A stretch of 64,000 nucleotides of DNA. Source: Bilabrum cf. latius (taxonomy: Eukaryota). Positions 51,003 through 62,000 of this stretch are shown here, in pieces. The stretch's first letter is position 1. Each line of letters opens with the position of its first letter. A model generated the notes under the pieces. The model made no database searches. It was not told the DNA's origin and saw only the letters and a list, made by a program, of their open reading frames with translations. A program made the translations under genes and the position numbers. Where the stretch lies: the NCBI GenBank assembly GCA_965178125.1, contig OZ237748.1:1-64000 (forward strand), in the 5' to 3' direction.

Positions 51003-52643
51003 TCACTCGTCCTGGGACTCGTGTATATAAGTGAGCGCCTTCTCCAAGCTGGGCAACGGGTGTCCCTCAGGGGGGGCGTCAGAAGACGTCCACCATAGGC
51101 CATGGAATGTAGCCTGCTGCCTCAGGGATACGCCTTGTTCTACCTGCAACACCCTCGCCGTGGGCCACAGGTAGGACGTGTCGATGCTCCACAGGTACGC
51201 CCCGCTGTCCATGTCTACGAGAGCAAGATCTCCCGTGCGGTCGCACTCCTCCCCCGTGATGACGAGTGCGCACTTCTGGGCCTTGCCCCCGGTTTCCGAC
51301 TTCCAGTCTCCGCGATATCCCGACGCCACTAGGTTGCAGTCGTCCTGTAGAGTCAGACGGGTCGAGAAGGCGCCCTAGCGTTTCCCGACCGACTGCCCCA
51401 TGGGCAGCATCTGATCGTCCCACAGTGTGTACCACACGCGGGTAGATCGCTTAGCAAGCGCCTTGGGATCGCAGCGACGTGGAGCCATCCCTTCGATGGC
51501 CGCCTGCATCGCCGCCGTCTTGCGACCATTGCCGAAGGTCGTGTCGTCGTCAGGACTATCCAGGTCCGCAGACCCTGCAGACCACACGATGCCACCTCCC
51601 TTCTGGGACAGGACGGCGTCCCCGTCCCCCTGCAGACGAAGGGTGTCTGCACCCGGGTCCATCAGCGATGCAGGCACCCGCCAGATGTACTGCCCGGAGG
51701 CGCTGTCCACGATGGCCAGGTCGCCCTTGGTGTCGCACCCGTCCCCTGTGATGACGAGTGCGCACTTCCCCTCGGTACCCTTTCCCTTCGTGTTGGTCGC
51801 AAACCGCGCCTTGCCCCCTCGGTACACCATCAGGTTGCAGTCTCCCTGCATGCGCAGCTCGACCCCCTCCCCCTCGCCCGCCCTCAAGGCGGCCCCGGCT
51901 TGCAGCACCTGCCCCGGAGACAGCACATCGCCGTCGGTCACTTGGTGGTATGACGATTGCAAGGCCCCTGCATCGCACTGCAGGTTGTGCACATCCTCCC
52001 GCACTTGCTGATCAAAGTGGAACTTACCGATCCCCTGTGCGTGGCCCCCGGTCTCGGTGCTCCACAGCAGGTGCCCCCCTTCCTGAAGGAGAGCGGCATC
52101 GCCGTCCCTCTGGACCAAAAATGTGTCCACTTCTGGTGTGAAGATAGAGGATTGCACCCGCCAGATGTACCTGCCCGTGTCCGTGTCGATGATGGTCAGG
52201 TCTCCCTGGGTGCTGCACGATGCATCCGTCAAGACCAGCGCGCAATTGGCCTGCTTCTAGTCTCTACCAAAGCCGAAAATTTCCGACTTGTCCTTGCCAG
52301 AGATTACCAACTTGCAGTTATCCTGCACATACACCTTCGTCGAATTCTTGGACAAGGCGTTAACCAGCGGAGCCTTGGCGGAGTGTAGAATCTCGCCTTT
52401 CCGGAGCCTGTCGCCCTCTGCCGGCTTCCTCGCTGCCAAGGCGCTGACATCGCAGGAGTATGTGTAAACGTTGTCATAGTTGGGGTGGAGCGCATTGCTA
52501 TGGTGCGTGCTGCTGGCGCTGCCCGAGGCCGACGACATAGAGCCAGTGCTGCGAAGGTGCTGCTGGCCTGTTGCTCGTCGCCCGTGCACAGTGACCACCG
52601 AACAGGCGGCTAAAGCCAGCAAAATGGAAACGATGGATTGCAT
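51003..52643 (-). CDS. 546-aa secreted protein with about 3 bulb-type (GNA-like) lectin domains (TAG read as Gln)
   Basis: Signal peptide, then QxDxNxVxY-like motifs VQDNCKLVI, MQGDCNLMVY, LQDDCNLVA and LQGDGDAVL. Three pieces share a frame, are joined by 2 TAG and end in TGA. Confidence 0.82.
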
Positions 52644-52828
52644 CTCTACAAATGTCAGGTTGATGAGCCAGTTGGATCCCTTCGCACTGATGTAGAAGGC
52701 CCCAGGGAAGTGGGGGTGCCAGCGAAGACTCCGATGTCACACGGTGCCACAGACCCCCGCGAGGGGGGTGTACGGCCCCTGGCAGTGGCGCCGCAGCGGA
52801 ACTTTGGGCTGTGGCGGAGAGCGCCCCC

Positions 52829-53037
52829 GCCCGAGCCAAACTTTCGGCTCGGGCAAAAGGCAGCTTTGCCCAAGCTGAATAATTTTATATTTAAACTGGA
52901 TTTGCGGCGATTTCAGCGACCGCGCCCGAGCGGAATGTTAGGCTCGGGCGCCGAGCACCTGCGCCCGAGCCGGCCGATGGGCTCGGGCAGGGGCGGCCTC
53001 CGCCGGAGCCTAGGGTTTTCTTTTTTTCGGCTCGGGC
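52829..53037. other. Cluster of three hairpins sharing the stem GCCCGAGC/GCTCGGGC, plus a lone half-site
   Basis: Hairpins at 52829-52854, 52923-52950 and 52963-52988; half-site at 53029-53037. Confidence 0.7.
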
Positions 53038-53894
53038 ACGGGTATTTTGCTATTTTTGTTCCTGTTTGCTTGGTAGATGGGGCTGGCATCGCCGCAGGTG
53101 TGCAGTTCGACCGCCCGAGCATCGGTTGGGGGCTTCCCAGCATGATGATCCTGCTGCCAGGACAATGTACAGGGGTGCGACTCCTCTTCGTCGGGCGCGG
53201 AAGCCGTGCTCTGTCCGTCGGCCTTGGCCTCGCGACTGCGCTTGCTGCCGATCCTGAGCTGGGCAGCCCCACCTTGGCCGTGCCGCGGCTTCCGCACTAG
53301 CCCATCACCACCAGGGCCAACTTTATCCGCTACGACATCGCCGCTCGAAGGAGACACAACCTGGCCGACGCCGGGCGAGTGTATATCCTTTCTGTCCACC
53401 ATCCCGCTGCCCCCCAACTCCCCCGGCGGCCAGCCCAGGGAGGCCCTTCAGATCACCATCCAGGACCAGGCCATCCCGCCTGCCACCACGATGCTGCCCC
53501 ACTGCTGCTGATGGGGCTGGTGCTGCCTTCACCCTTGCCCAGCGGTTGCCCAAAGAGGTCTGCTTCTTCCTAGTCGAACAGACCCACGGCTACCTGGCTC
53601 CCATGCCTGCTTGTGGCAGCCGTTCCTGCCTCTGCTTGCCGCCATCGATTCGCGCCGTGCCGCCCCCGCCCCCTCCTCGTCCTCGTCCATGCCACCCTCG
53701 CCCTCAACGGCCGGCCCAAGCAGATCTTCGATATCACCGGTGTCAGCACAATGCCAGGCACCTGCAAGCGTGGGCGGGGCACGGGGGCTGCCTCGGAGCA
53801 GGCGTGGTGGATGGCGGGTGGGCGTACTGCAGCCGCCCACGCAGATGCTCAGTAAGTCACTGTCCGCCACGGCTCCCAACTCCACGTCATGCAG

Positions 53895-54368
53895 GCGAGT
53901 GAGACTGATGCAGAAGCCGGTATGGATTAAGACGAAGGCAGGATGCACCCAGCGGACGAGGGCAGGGTGCTGGGCGCTTTGTAGGCCCTGTAGTCTCGCC
54001 TGCACTTTTTGTTAGAGCCCTGCCCGTGGGAGGTATCAGCGGAGGTGGATCGTGACATCATCTTCATCGCGGGGGTTGCTGGACTGGGTGAGTCTAGCAA
54101 GCGGGATGAAACTACGGCTGAAGCAGCGGAGGCAGGTGGAGATGGACGAGATGATCGGCAAGGGGGCACAGAGGCGGAGGCAGAGGCGAAGGTAGAGGCG
54201 GGCAGTCGTGTGCAGGCTGGCCTAGAGCAGGCGAGGACCCGTGTGAGAGGGGCAACGATGTAGCTAGAGAACATGAATTACTTCGGGTTTGAGGACGGTC
54301 GGTGAATCCACCGGGATGATGACGCACCGCCGGTGGCTCCGATCGATACCGGAACCCCGCCAGGACCA
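53895..54368 (+). pseudogene. Duplicate of the 3' end of the PhyH gene (~50140-50900) carrying only one 48-bp unit
   Basis: Colinear similarity (GAGTGAGACTGATGCAGAAGCCGGT...LEPCPWEVS.EVDRDIIFIAG...ENMNYF). It has small indels and no PhyH catalytic part. Confidence 0.8.
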
Positions 54369-54452
54369 GAAGTGTAGTAGATCATTTCTTTTCGGCTGCA
54401 CAACTCTGAGCAAGTTTGCACTTCAATTTACAATAGTACATTTCTCGCAAGC

Positions 54453-55518
54453 AGTAAGCGCCTACTATAGCAGCATTTGGCAACGACATGATGCCGCCGA
54501 TCCTCACCTTCCTTACCCGACAACGCCCGGCATCGCTTCGCAGTGGCAAGTGCAGGGGGCGAATCAATTCAATTGTTGAAGACGATAGTACTAGGGGATC
54601 TAGCATCCGGCAAGTCGTGCTTTTTCCAGAGAGTGCTGGTGAGGTTACACACCAATGCGTCCAGGCCGCTCTTTGCACTGCAAACTAGCACTGCTGGCAG
54701 TCTAGATCTACCGGGATTGCTGCTCAGCGACAAATTCATTGCTCGCCTGCTCGATTTAAGTTGCAGGGGTGCGATTTTCCGAAGCAGAGTCCACCGACGA
54801 TAGGGATAGACTGCGGCCGCGGGACTGTCCAAGTCGACGGTCAAGCTCTCAATGTGGCCTTGTGGGATACAAATGGTAAGATTTAAGAAGAGCTTCCGTG
54901 CATGCGGGCAATCAAAGCCGCATGGTATCTGTGGAGCTTCGCATAGCTCCTACATGTCTCAAAGATGCGGACGAGTAGATCTACTGGGCCTTCAAGAAGC
55001 TTACGCAGGCCTGGAGGGATCATCGAGGATTCGCAAGGCGTGAGAGACTCAGCAGTATTTGCACGCCGTATTGTATGATCTGCGTATGTTCCGATTAGTA
55101 TGCATCAGGTTGTAATGCTTTGTTTTGAGCCAGCAGACACATGCGCGGCTCCCGCTGCGTCTTCATTGTCTTCGACCTGGCCTCGAGAGATTCATTCAGG
55201 ACGGTCCGATACTTCGTTGAAGAAGCCAGGGAGACTCTGGGAGACACCATCCCGATCGCCATGATTGGTACCAAGTCGGACCTCGTGGATAGGCGGGAGG
55301 TGCCAAGGGAAGAAGCCGAACGGAAAGCCAAAGAGCTCGGGGTTCTATACTACGAGGTGAGCTCGAAGACGGGGGAGGGGGTTGATGAGGCGGTGGAGGG
55401 GCTGCTTGAAGAGGCGCTGACAGACGAGGAGCGGGCAAAGGAGCGTCATTCCACAGAGACATCGCCGGACCTAGGAGACTAGGACAAGGCGCCATCATCG
55501 GGGTGCATCACAAGCTGA
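54453..55518 (+). CDS. Divergent Rab-like small GTPase, copy 1 (intron-containing)
   Basis: Exons encode KTIVLGDLASGKS (G1), PTIGID...LWDTN (G2/G3), IGTKSDL (G4) and EVSSKTG (G5). Reading through TAG 55480 gives a C-terminal CITS followed by TGA. The middle exon boundaries are not fully resolved. Confidence 0.8.
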
Positions 55519-56035
55519 TGGGTGGATTCGGGGGAGCAGCATTGCATCTACCATGCCATGTGAACATCAGGTGAAACAAAATAGCCAGATGTACTTCACT
55601 CTGTCAAGCAGGCAGCAAGGGCCACACGGGCGGCGAGGTGATGATCAATTGAACCAGAGGGCACATAAGATCGACAGTGCCCGAGCTGCAGACCTGGACG
55701 GCAGCAGCTATGCCGATTGGGTGGCATGTAGTGAGTGGGAAGGAGGGCATTCATTGCCTGAGAATTGGCCCCGGGGCTCAGACAAAACCGGAACTGCCAG
55801 CCATACGTTCGGCACTCAGGGGAATGCCCCTGAATGTAAGCTAGTTTTGCACTTCGAGATGGCGAGAACTTTTAAGTGAAACAGTAGTCATTTATTTGAG
55901 TAGATACCTTGATCATACCATGCGTCCTGTCGAAAAGTATCAGGAAAGTGAGCTTCAGCCTGGAAAGTCTTCAGCCAGACTAGCAAATTTCCATGAGAAT
56001 GCAGTTTTCTAGCACTCAATGAATCTGTTCCGCAG

Positions 56036-57495
56036 TGGTATGCATGCGAAAATGCAGGAAACATTGCTCGATTAAAGCAATGATGATGGGCAGTGATTCA
56101 TGCGGGCTCACGAGCTTCAGAAACAGAGTAGTTGTGAGACGCAGACCATATGCCGCGTTCGAGCAGGTACTGTACGGGTACGACATCAAGGTAGTGATTT
56201 TAATCTGCCGGTTATTTCAATATGCAGCGGACTCGATCTCCGACGGACACATCGTCCACCGTTGGAGTAGATTTCGAGCTTGCAGACACCTGTATACATG
56301 GTCAAAGAGTGGAATTGCAGCTCTGGGACACCAACACATAGAGTGAGCCGCGAATACGCAGTGATACCGCAACGATAAATGACGGCGACTGTCTGCTGAC
56401 AAGAGCACATAACGACAGCGTATCATGGCCCGCTTATTAATTTTCGCAGCCAGGTACAGGAGTATTTGTCGTTGGTGAGTACCCGAAGTGATTGTCAGAT
56501 CATTGAATTGGGCCCATAATGGTTGGTGAGGCCAGCAAGGTCTCTGAGATTGAGGTCACTCGGTGGGCGCAGGACCCGCTCGAGGAGCAGGCTCAGATGC
56601 GACGGAGCGATGCGGAGGAGTGCGAGAGAGAGAGAGAGAGAGAGAGAGGGCTGCATCTAGGGGGGGGAGGGTAGAGCAAAGGGAGGGGGGGACGACGGTT
56701 CACCGGAACGGGGGAGGAAATGGTGGAGGAAAAGATGATCGGTGGGGTCATTGGGTTGATGAGGCGGATAGGAAGGGGGAGGCACAGGCCGGGCAGGTGT
56801 GGGTTGGGCATGTGTGACGAGTGACTCGGATCAGGGGGATCGGATCACCGACCACATGCGGATGTGGAAGTTGAGAGGTCACAATTAGACTCGAGCGGCA
56901 ATCAAGCCGCGTGCTATTCGGGCGCTGAGGGGCAGCGTTCGCCAGTTTTCTTTTTTGGTAACTTTGAGGATGGGCTCTCGGAGGAAACCAACTGCAAAAT
57001 GTCAATTGAATTTGTAAATGCTTGGATTATGCCGTTCGCAGGCATTTACGGGGCTCCCGCTGCGTATTTATTTTGTTCAGTCTGACCGATAGTAGGTCCT
57101 TCAAAGAAGTGGACTCTCTCGTTGCGGATGCCAGGGAGGCGTTGGGAGGCACTATCCCAATCGCCATGATTTGTACCAAAGATGACCTGGTCGACGCTCG
57201 GCAGGTGTCACAGGAAGACGCCGAGCGGAAAGCTGAGGAGCTGGGCGTGCCATACTACGAGGTTAGCTCTAAAACTGGGAAGGGCGTTGATGAGGCGGTG
57301 CAAGGGCTGGTGCATGCTGCGCTGACAGACACGGAGCGGGCTAAGGAGCAGCGGGAGCTAGAGCGGGAGCGGGAGCGTGTTCTGGCCATGGCAAAAGGGC
57401 GGGAATGGGCCAAGGGGCAAGCAAAGGGGCAGCCAGGGCGATCTGCAGGAAGAGGTGAAAGCACAGGAACCACGTCTTGGAGCACAGTGAGTTGA
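56036..57495 (+). CDS. Divergent Rab-like small GTPase, copy 2 (degenerate P-loop, no C-terminal Cys)
   Basis: Exons encode IKAMMMGSDSCGLTS, STVGVDF...LQLWDTNT*, then HLRGSRCVFILF...CTKDDL...EVSSKTG, ending WSTVS-TGA. Confidence 0.72.
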
Positions 57496-57980
57496 GTAGT
57501 GGCATACATAGATCTGCTGACTGTGCACGCATTGATGGGTAATCGAACCAGGCTACCCATCAATCGTGCACATTGGTTCCGTCCGGAGCATCGCTCCACC
57601 GCGACGAATAGGCCTCCATCAGTCGGGGTGGGCTGCAGGCAACAAAAAGGTAGTTGCGTCAAGTAGATCCGGTCCATCATGTATCTTCTCAACGATCCTT
57701 TTGAATACTGATCCTTTTTTTGGATGTCATCCTTCCCGGGATTCTTCGTAAGCCGGAACCCTTTTCATCACGGTGGGCCCGTAGGTGGCGGAGGTCTTTA
57801 TCACATTTTCATAGCCTGCGAAAAACTACGCTGATATACATTGACGTAGTGATATGTGCTAGGCAACGAAACCTCAGGAGAGTGAGAACTAGCAAGTCCA
57901 GACAAGTCTAGCAAATTGGGCAACAGTTCTTGCCTGTATACACCCGCCACACTTTGATCTATCAAATCGCTACCCCGCAG

Positions 57981-58945
57981 TGGCAACTATGGAACAAGAA
58001 CTCACAACGCCGCCACAAATAATCAAAGCGGTAGTGCTTGGTAGCTATGTGTGTGGCAACACGTGCTTCTGTCGAACTGCATGTGTTAGTTGCTAACCCC
58101 AGGCTGCACCACAGTCCCTGCTCCACATGCGCTACACTTATCTCCAGTTGCCTATTTTGGCTTCATACGTCGAATCATCCCAGGGAAAGCCGTTTCATCG
58201 TGATACCAGTCCGACAATAGGAGCCTTTGAAGAGGTAGTTGACATTCGCGTGGGTGGTCAAACCGTTGATTTACGGCTATTCGACATATCAACCCATCGT
58301 GAGCTCGAAGCTATTGCTACAAAAATTAAATCAAAGTTCTTCGATTTGGGCCTTTGGCCGCGAACATACGCCACTTTGCTGAACGAATTAAATCCTTGCA
58401 GTGAGATACGAGAGTATTCGCGCCTTGTGAGGAAATGATTTGCAACAGATGCACTAATTTTATTTCAATTTATTGGTAATTGTGTATTCTCATATTCTTG
58501 CATCATCAGTTCCGTTCCAAATTGCAAAGCGCTGCGTCACGCCCGCTGCGTGTTCGCTATGTTCAGTCTCATTGATATGACGACATTCGAACTGGTGGAT
58601 GTACATATCGGCGATGCCAGGGAGACTCTGGGAGACACCATCCCGATCGCCATACTCGGGACCAAAGCCGACCTGATGGACGAGAGAGAGGTGACACGGG
58701 AAGAAGCCGAACGGAAAGCCAAAGAGCTCGGAGTTCTATACTACGAGGTGGGCTCGAAGACGGGGGAGGGGGTTGATGAGGCGGTGGAGGGGCTGCTTGA
58801 AGAGGCGCTGACTGACGAGGAGCGGACTAAGGAGCAGCGAGACCTAGAACGATACGAAGACGACGCACATGGTAGGGAGAAGGAGGCGGGCAGCAAGGTG
58901 CCACCTGGCGGAGTGGGATCTTCATCATGGTGCGTCGTGAGCTAA
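57981..58945 (+). CDS. Divergent Rab-like small GTPase, copy 3 (degenerate G1/G3)
   Basis: Exons encode IIKAVVLGSYVCGNT, PTIGAF...LRLFDIS, then LGTKADL...EVGSKTG, ending in the CaaX-like CVVS followed by TAA. Confidence 0.75.
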
Positions 58946-59039
58946 GGGGCCCGAACCGTCTTCTTGGCGCTCACACTAGTCTAGGCACACATACCCATTT
59001 ACATTCGATTTTATTACAAAACTGCGGATACTTATCTAT

Positions 59040-62000
59040 TTACAAGCCCCCCATGACCTCTGTCGCCCCGCTTGCATCCAGAGCCGCCTGCAGCTCACGG
59101 GCCAATTCCTCCAGCAGCACTGTCCTGGTGAGCAGCCTGGACTAGCGCTGGAGCCAGACCGGCATGTCGGCCTTGCCCCTGTACACAGGGATATGGGCCG
59201 TGCTGCCAGTCTGTAATTCTACCCTTTGGTCCTGTAGCACCCACAAGGCAGGCCCATCCTGCGACGATTCGGGAGCGTTGATCTAGGACCGCTGGCACCG
59301 CAGCGCCCCCTGCACCTGTGCCTCTGCATCTGCTGCCGATGGCACCTATATCTCACCACGATTCCTCACACCCCCTTCGTCCTGGCTTTCTCCACCTGTC
59401 GATCCTGTCTCCACCAGCGCGCCAATCTGCCCCGCACTGGCCCCCACCGCAGGGTACTCACTTCCGATGGCCTCCATGGTTGGCAGAGAGAGACCTAGCC
59501 GCTGCCTAGCCTTTAGCAGCGCTACCAGCAGGGCGCGACACAACCCACCATCCTCTCCATCACTCGTCACACTTGAAGTTCCACGCCGTGTAGCCCCTGG
59601 ATCGTCACCCCACAGCAGTGCCTTCAGCAATCGCGCCCCTTCCCCCCGTTTAGCCAACACCTCCACCAATCCATCAACCAATCCATCCTCGCCACCCTTC
59701 GCCTCCACCTCAGTGCCTGCCTCCATTCCCGCCCCTGCCTCCATCTCTGCTGCTCGAGACGCCACCCGCCTCACCAGCGCCCCCGCCACTCCCGCGGTCC
59801 AAATGAGCACCGGCAGGCTCCCCTGGTCCAAGGCACCCTGCAGCACTGCCTCCAGCGCCCGCTGCAGCCTGAGCAAAAGGGCAGTCGGCCGCACCTGCAG
59901 GTAGATACTATGATCCAAGGAGTCGCCCTTGGCCTTGCCGCTGCCATCGCCGAGGCTCCCACTTCTCATCACCTGCACAGCGTACGAGGGCAGCAGCGCC
60001 ACCTGCTTGGATGCCTCCTGCAGGGATGCGATCGCGCCCTGGAGGTGTGACGAGTGAGCACGATCACCACTGGGGCTCTCATCTTCGCCATCGTTCCCCT
60101 CCACGGGTGCATCACCCTGCAGCGCGGACAGCGGCAGCATGGCCCGGCCCCTGGGCACGGCGATCCAACCGGCATGCAGCCCGCCTGCATCACCATCACC
60201 ATCACCATCACCCTCGTCCTCGTCCTACCCCACTTTGCCAGCGGCACTCTCTTCTTTCCCATCAGCTGCACCGCCACCTCCTCGCACCGCCTTCGCCTCG
60301 AACAGCTGAGCGTCCACCACCGTATCCCCGGACTGCAGCCAGGCCCGGATCAGGTGCAGGGCGCACACAGCCGCTGTCCCCGCCTTTGCACCCGCCCTGC
60401 CCTCCCCCACACCCGCACCACCCAGTGCAGGCGCACCCCCCACACCCCCAACACCTTCGAGCACCCCGATGGCTAGATCGAGCGGTCCTCCTGTGGCCGC
60501 CAGACCTAGCACGCCCAGCCGACGGATGGCAACAGCTCCTTGCAGCTGGGCCCCTGCCCCTGCTCCCGCCCCGCTGGCAGTGCACAGCGGCACTGGGCGC
60601 GCCCGCACTACCCCACCAGGCCCCACCTCCATCGTCATCGCCATCTCATCCCCGTCCCCGGACCCACTCGTCACACTGCCAATACCCGCTGCCCCGCACG
60701 CCGCCTCCATGAGCTCGAGCTGAGCATGCACCCACACGCAGGCAGACGCGGCGGCGGCTTCCCCCCTCTTTCCCACAGAGGCCCAGTGACCCCAGCATGA
60801 CCCGCGCCCTGATGGCCTATCACCCCCTGCACCAATCCCTGCCCCTGACCTCTCCCCACCCCCCAGCCAGCAGCTCCTCATCAGCCGCATCAGGTCCCAC
60901 GCAGCCGCACCCGCGCCCAGTGCACCACCCCCACGCCGAGCAGCCCCGTGCGGCTGCCCAATGGCCCGCCCCCATCCCTCCGGCCACTGCACCGCGCCCC
61001 CAAGCGACACATCCAGCCCCTTTCCCTCTCCCCCTGCATCCGCTCCTGCCCCCCCGCCCGCCCTCGAGGCCCCACCGGAGCCGACTGCAGCGTCGCCCCC
61101 GGATGCCCGACCAAGCAGCGCGCCCAGCACCTGCACCTGCACCCGCATCGCGAAGCTGGCCCTAGCCCATGCCCCTGCCCCCTCCTACCACTCCCTCAGT
61201 CGCCGCATGAATCGAACAGGAGGAAGCAACCCCCCCTCAGGTGACGGCACCCCGAGGGGGAGGGACGCAAAGGCGCCCGCCGCCCCCACCGCCACCAGCC
61301 AGGCAAGGGGCGGCTGCTGGCCCACCTTGATCCCACTCGTCACACCTTCTGACGCGAGCGGTCTCCCTCTGCCGTTGTCCCCCATGACCCCATCGCCCCC
61401 AGGGGTCGAACCCGCCCCCACGGTGGGGTCACGTTTCTCCAGGCCGAACGCGTCCCCCCACAGCAGACGAGCTACCACCACCCTGCCGCCCCCATGCAGC
61501 AGGGCACGCATCGCACGCACGCACACGGCACCCACGCCCGCGTCCAGCCCCAGCGCACTCTCGAGCCCGTCCTGCGCCAGTGCCCCCACCGGCACCGCCC
61601 TCTCTCTCTGCGCCTGCATGCCCCCTGCCCCCTGCCCACCCGATCCATGCATCCCCTCCTCGTCCTCGTCCTCGTCCTCGCCATCAGACCCCCCCGCCCC
61701 TACACCCCCCTCACCCGTGCCGTAGCCACCCCCCCCTATCTCCCCCTCCCAATCCTCTCTCACCTCGTCCGTGCCAGTCCACAGCAGCCTGCCCAGCAGA
61801 TCCACGGCGGAGAAATCGCTGAACGTGCCCTGGTCGGCCTTCACCAGCCTCGTCTGGAGCAGCGCCCGCACTGCCTGTGCCCCGCCGCTTTCAACCCCAC
61901 CCGACACACCCGACGCACTCGCTCTCCCGCTCTCACTCTCGCTTCCAAGGCACGCCAGCTCCCAAAACTCGCCCAGGGTCCGCGCAGTTGCCGCCGCTGA

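Noticed and set aside
53150-53895. Coding-like fragments upstream of the PhyH duplicate
   Set aside because: The coding-like signal switches frames and I recognise no family. It is probably degenerate, so it was not called.
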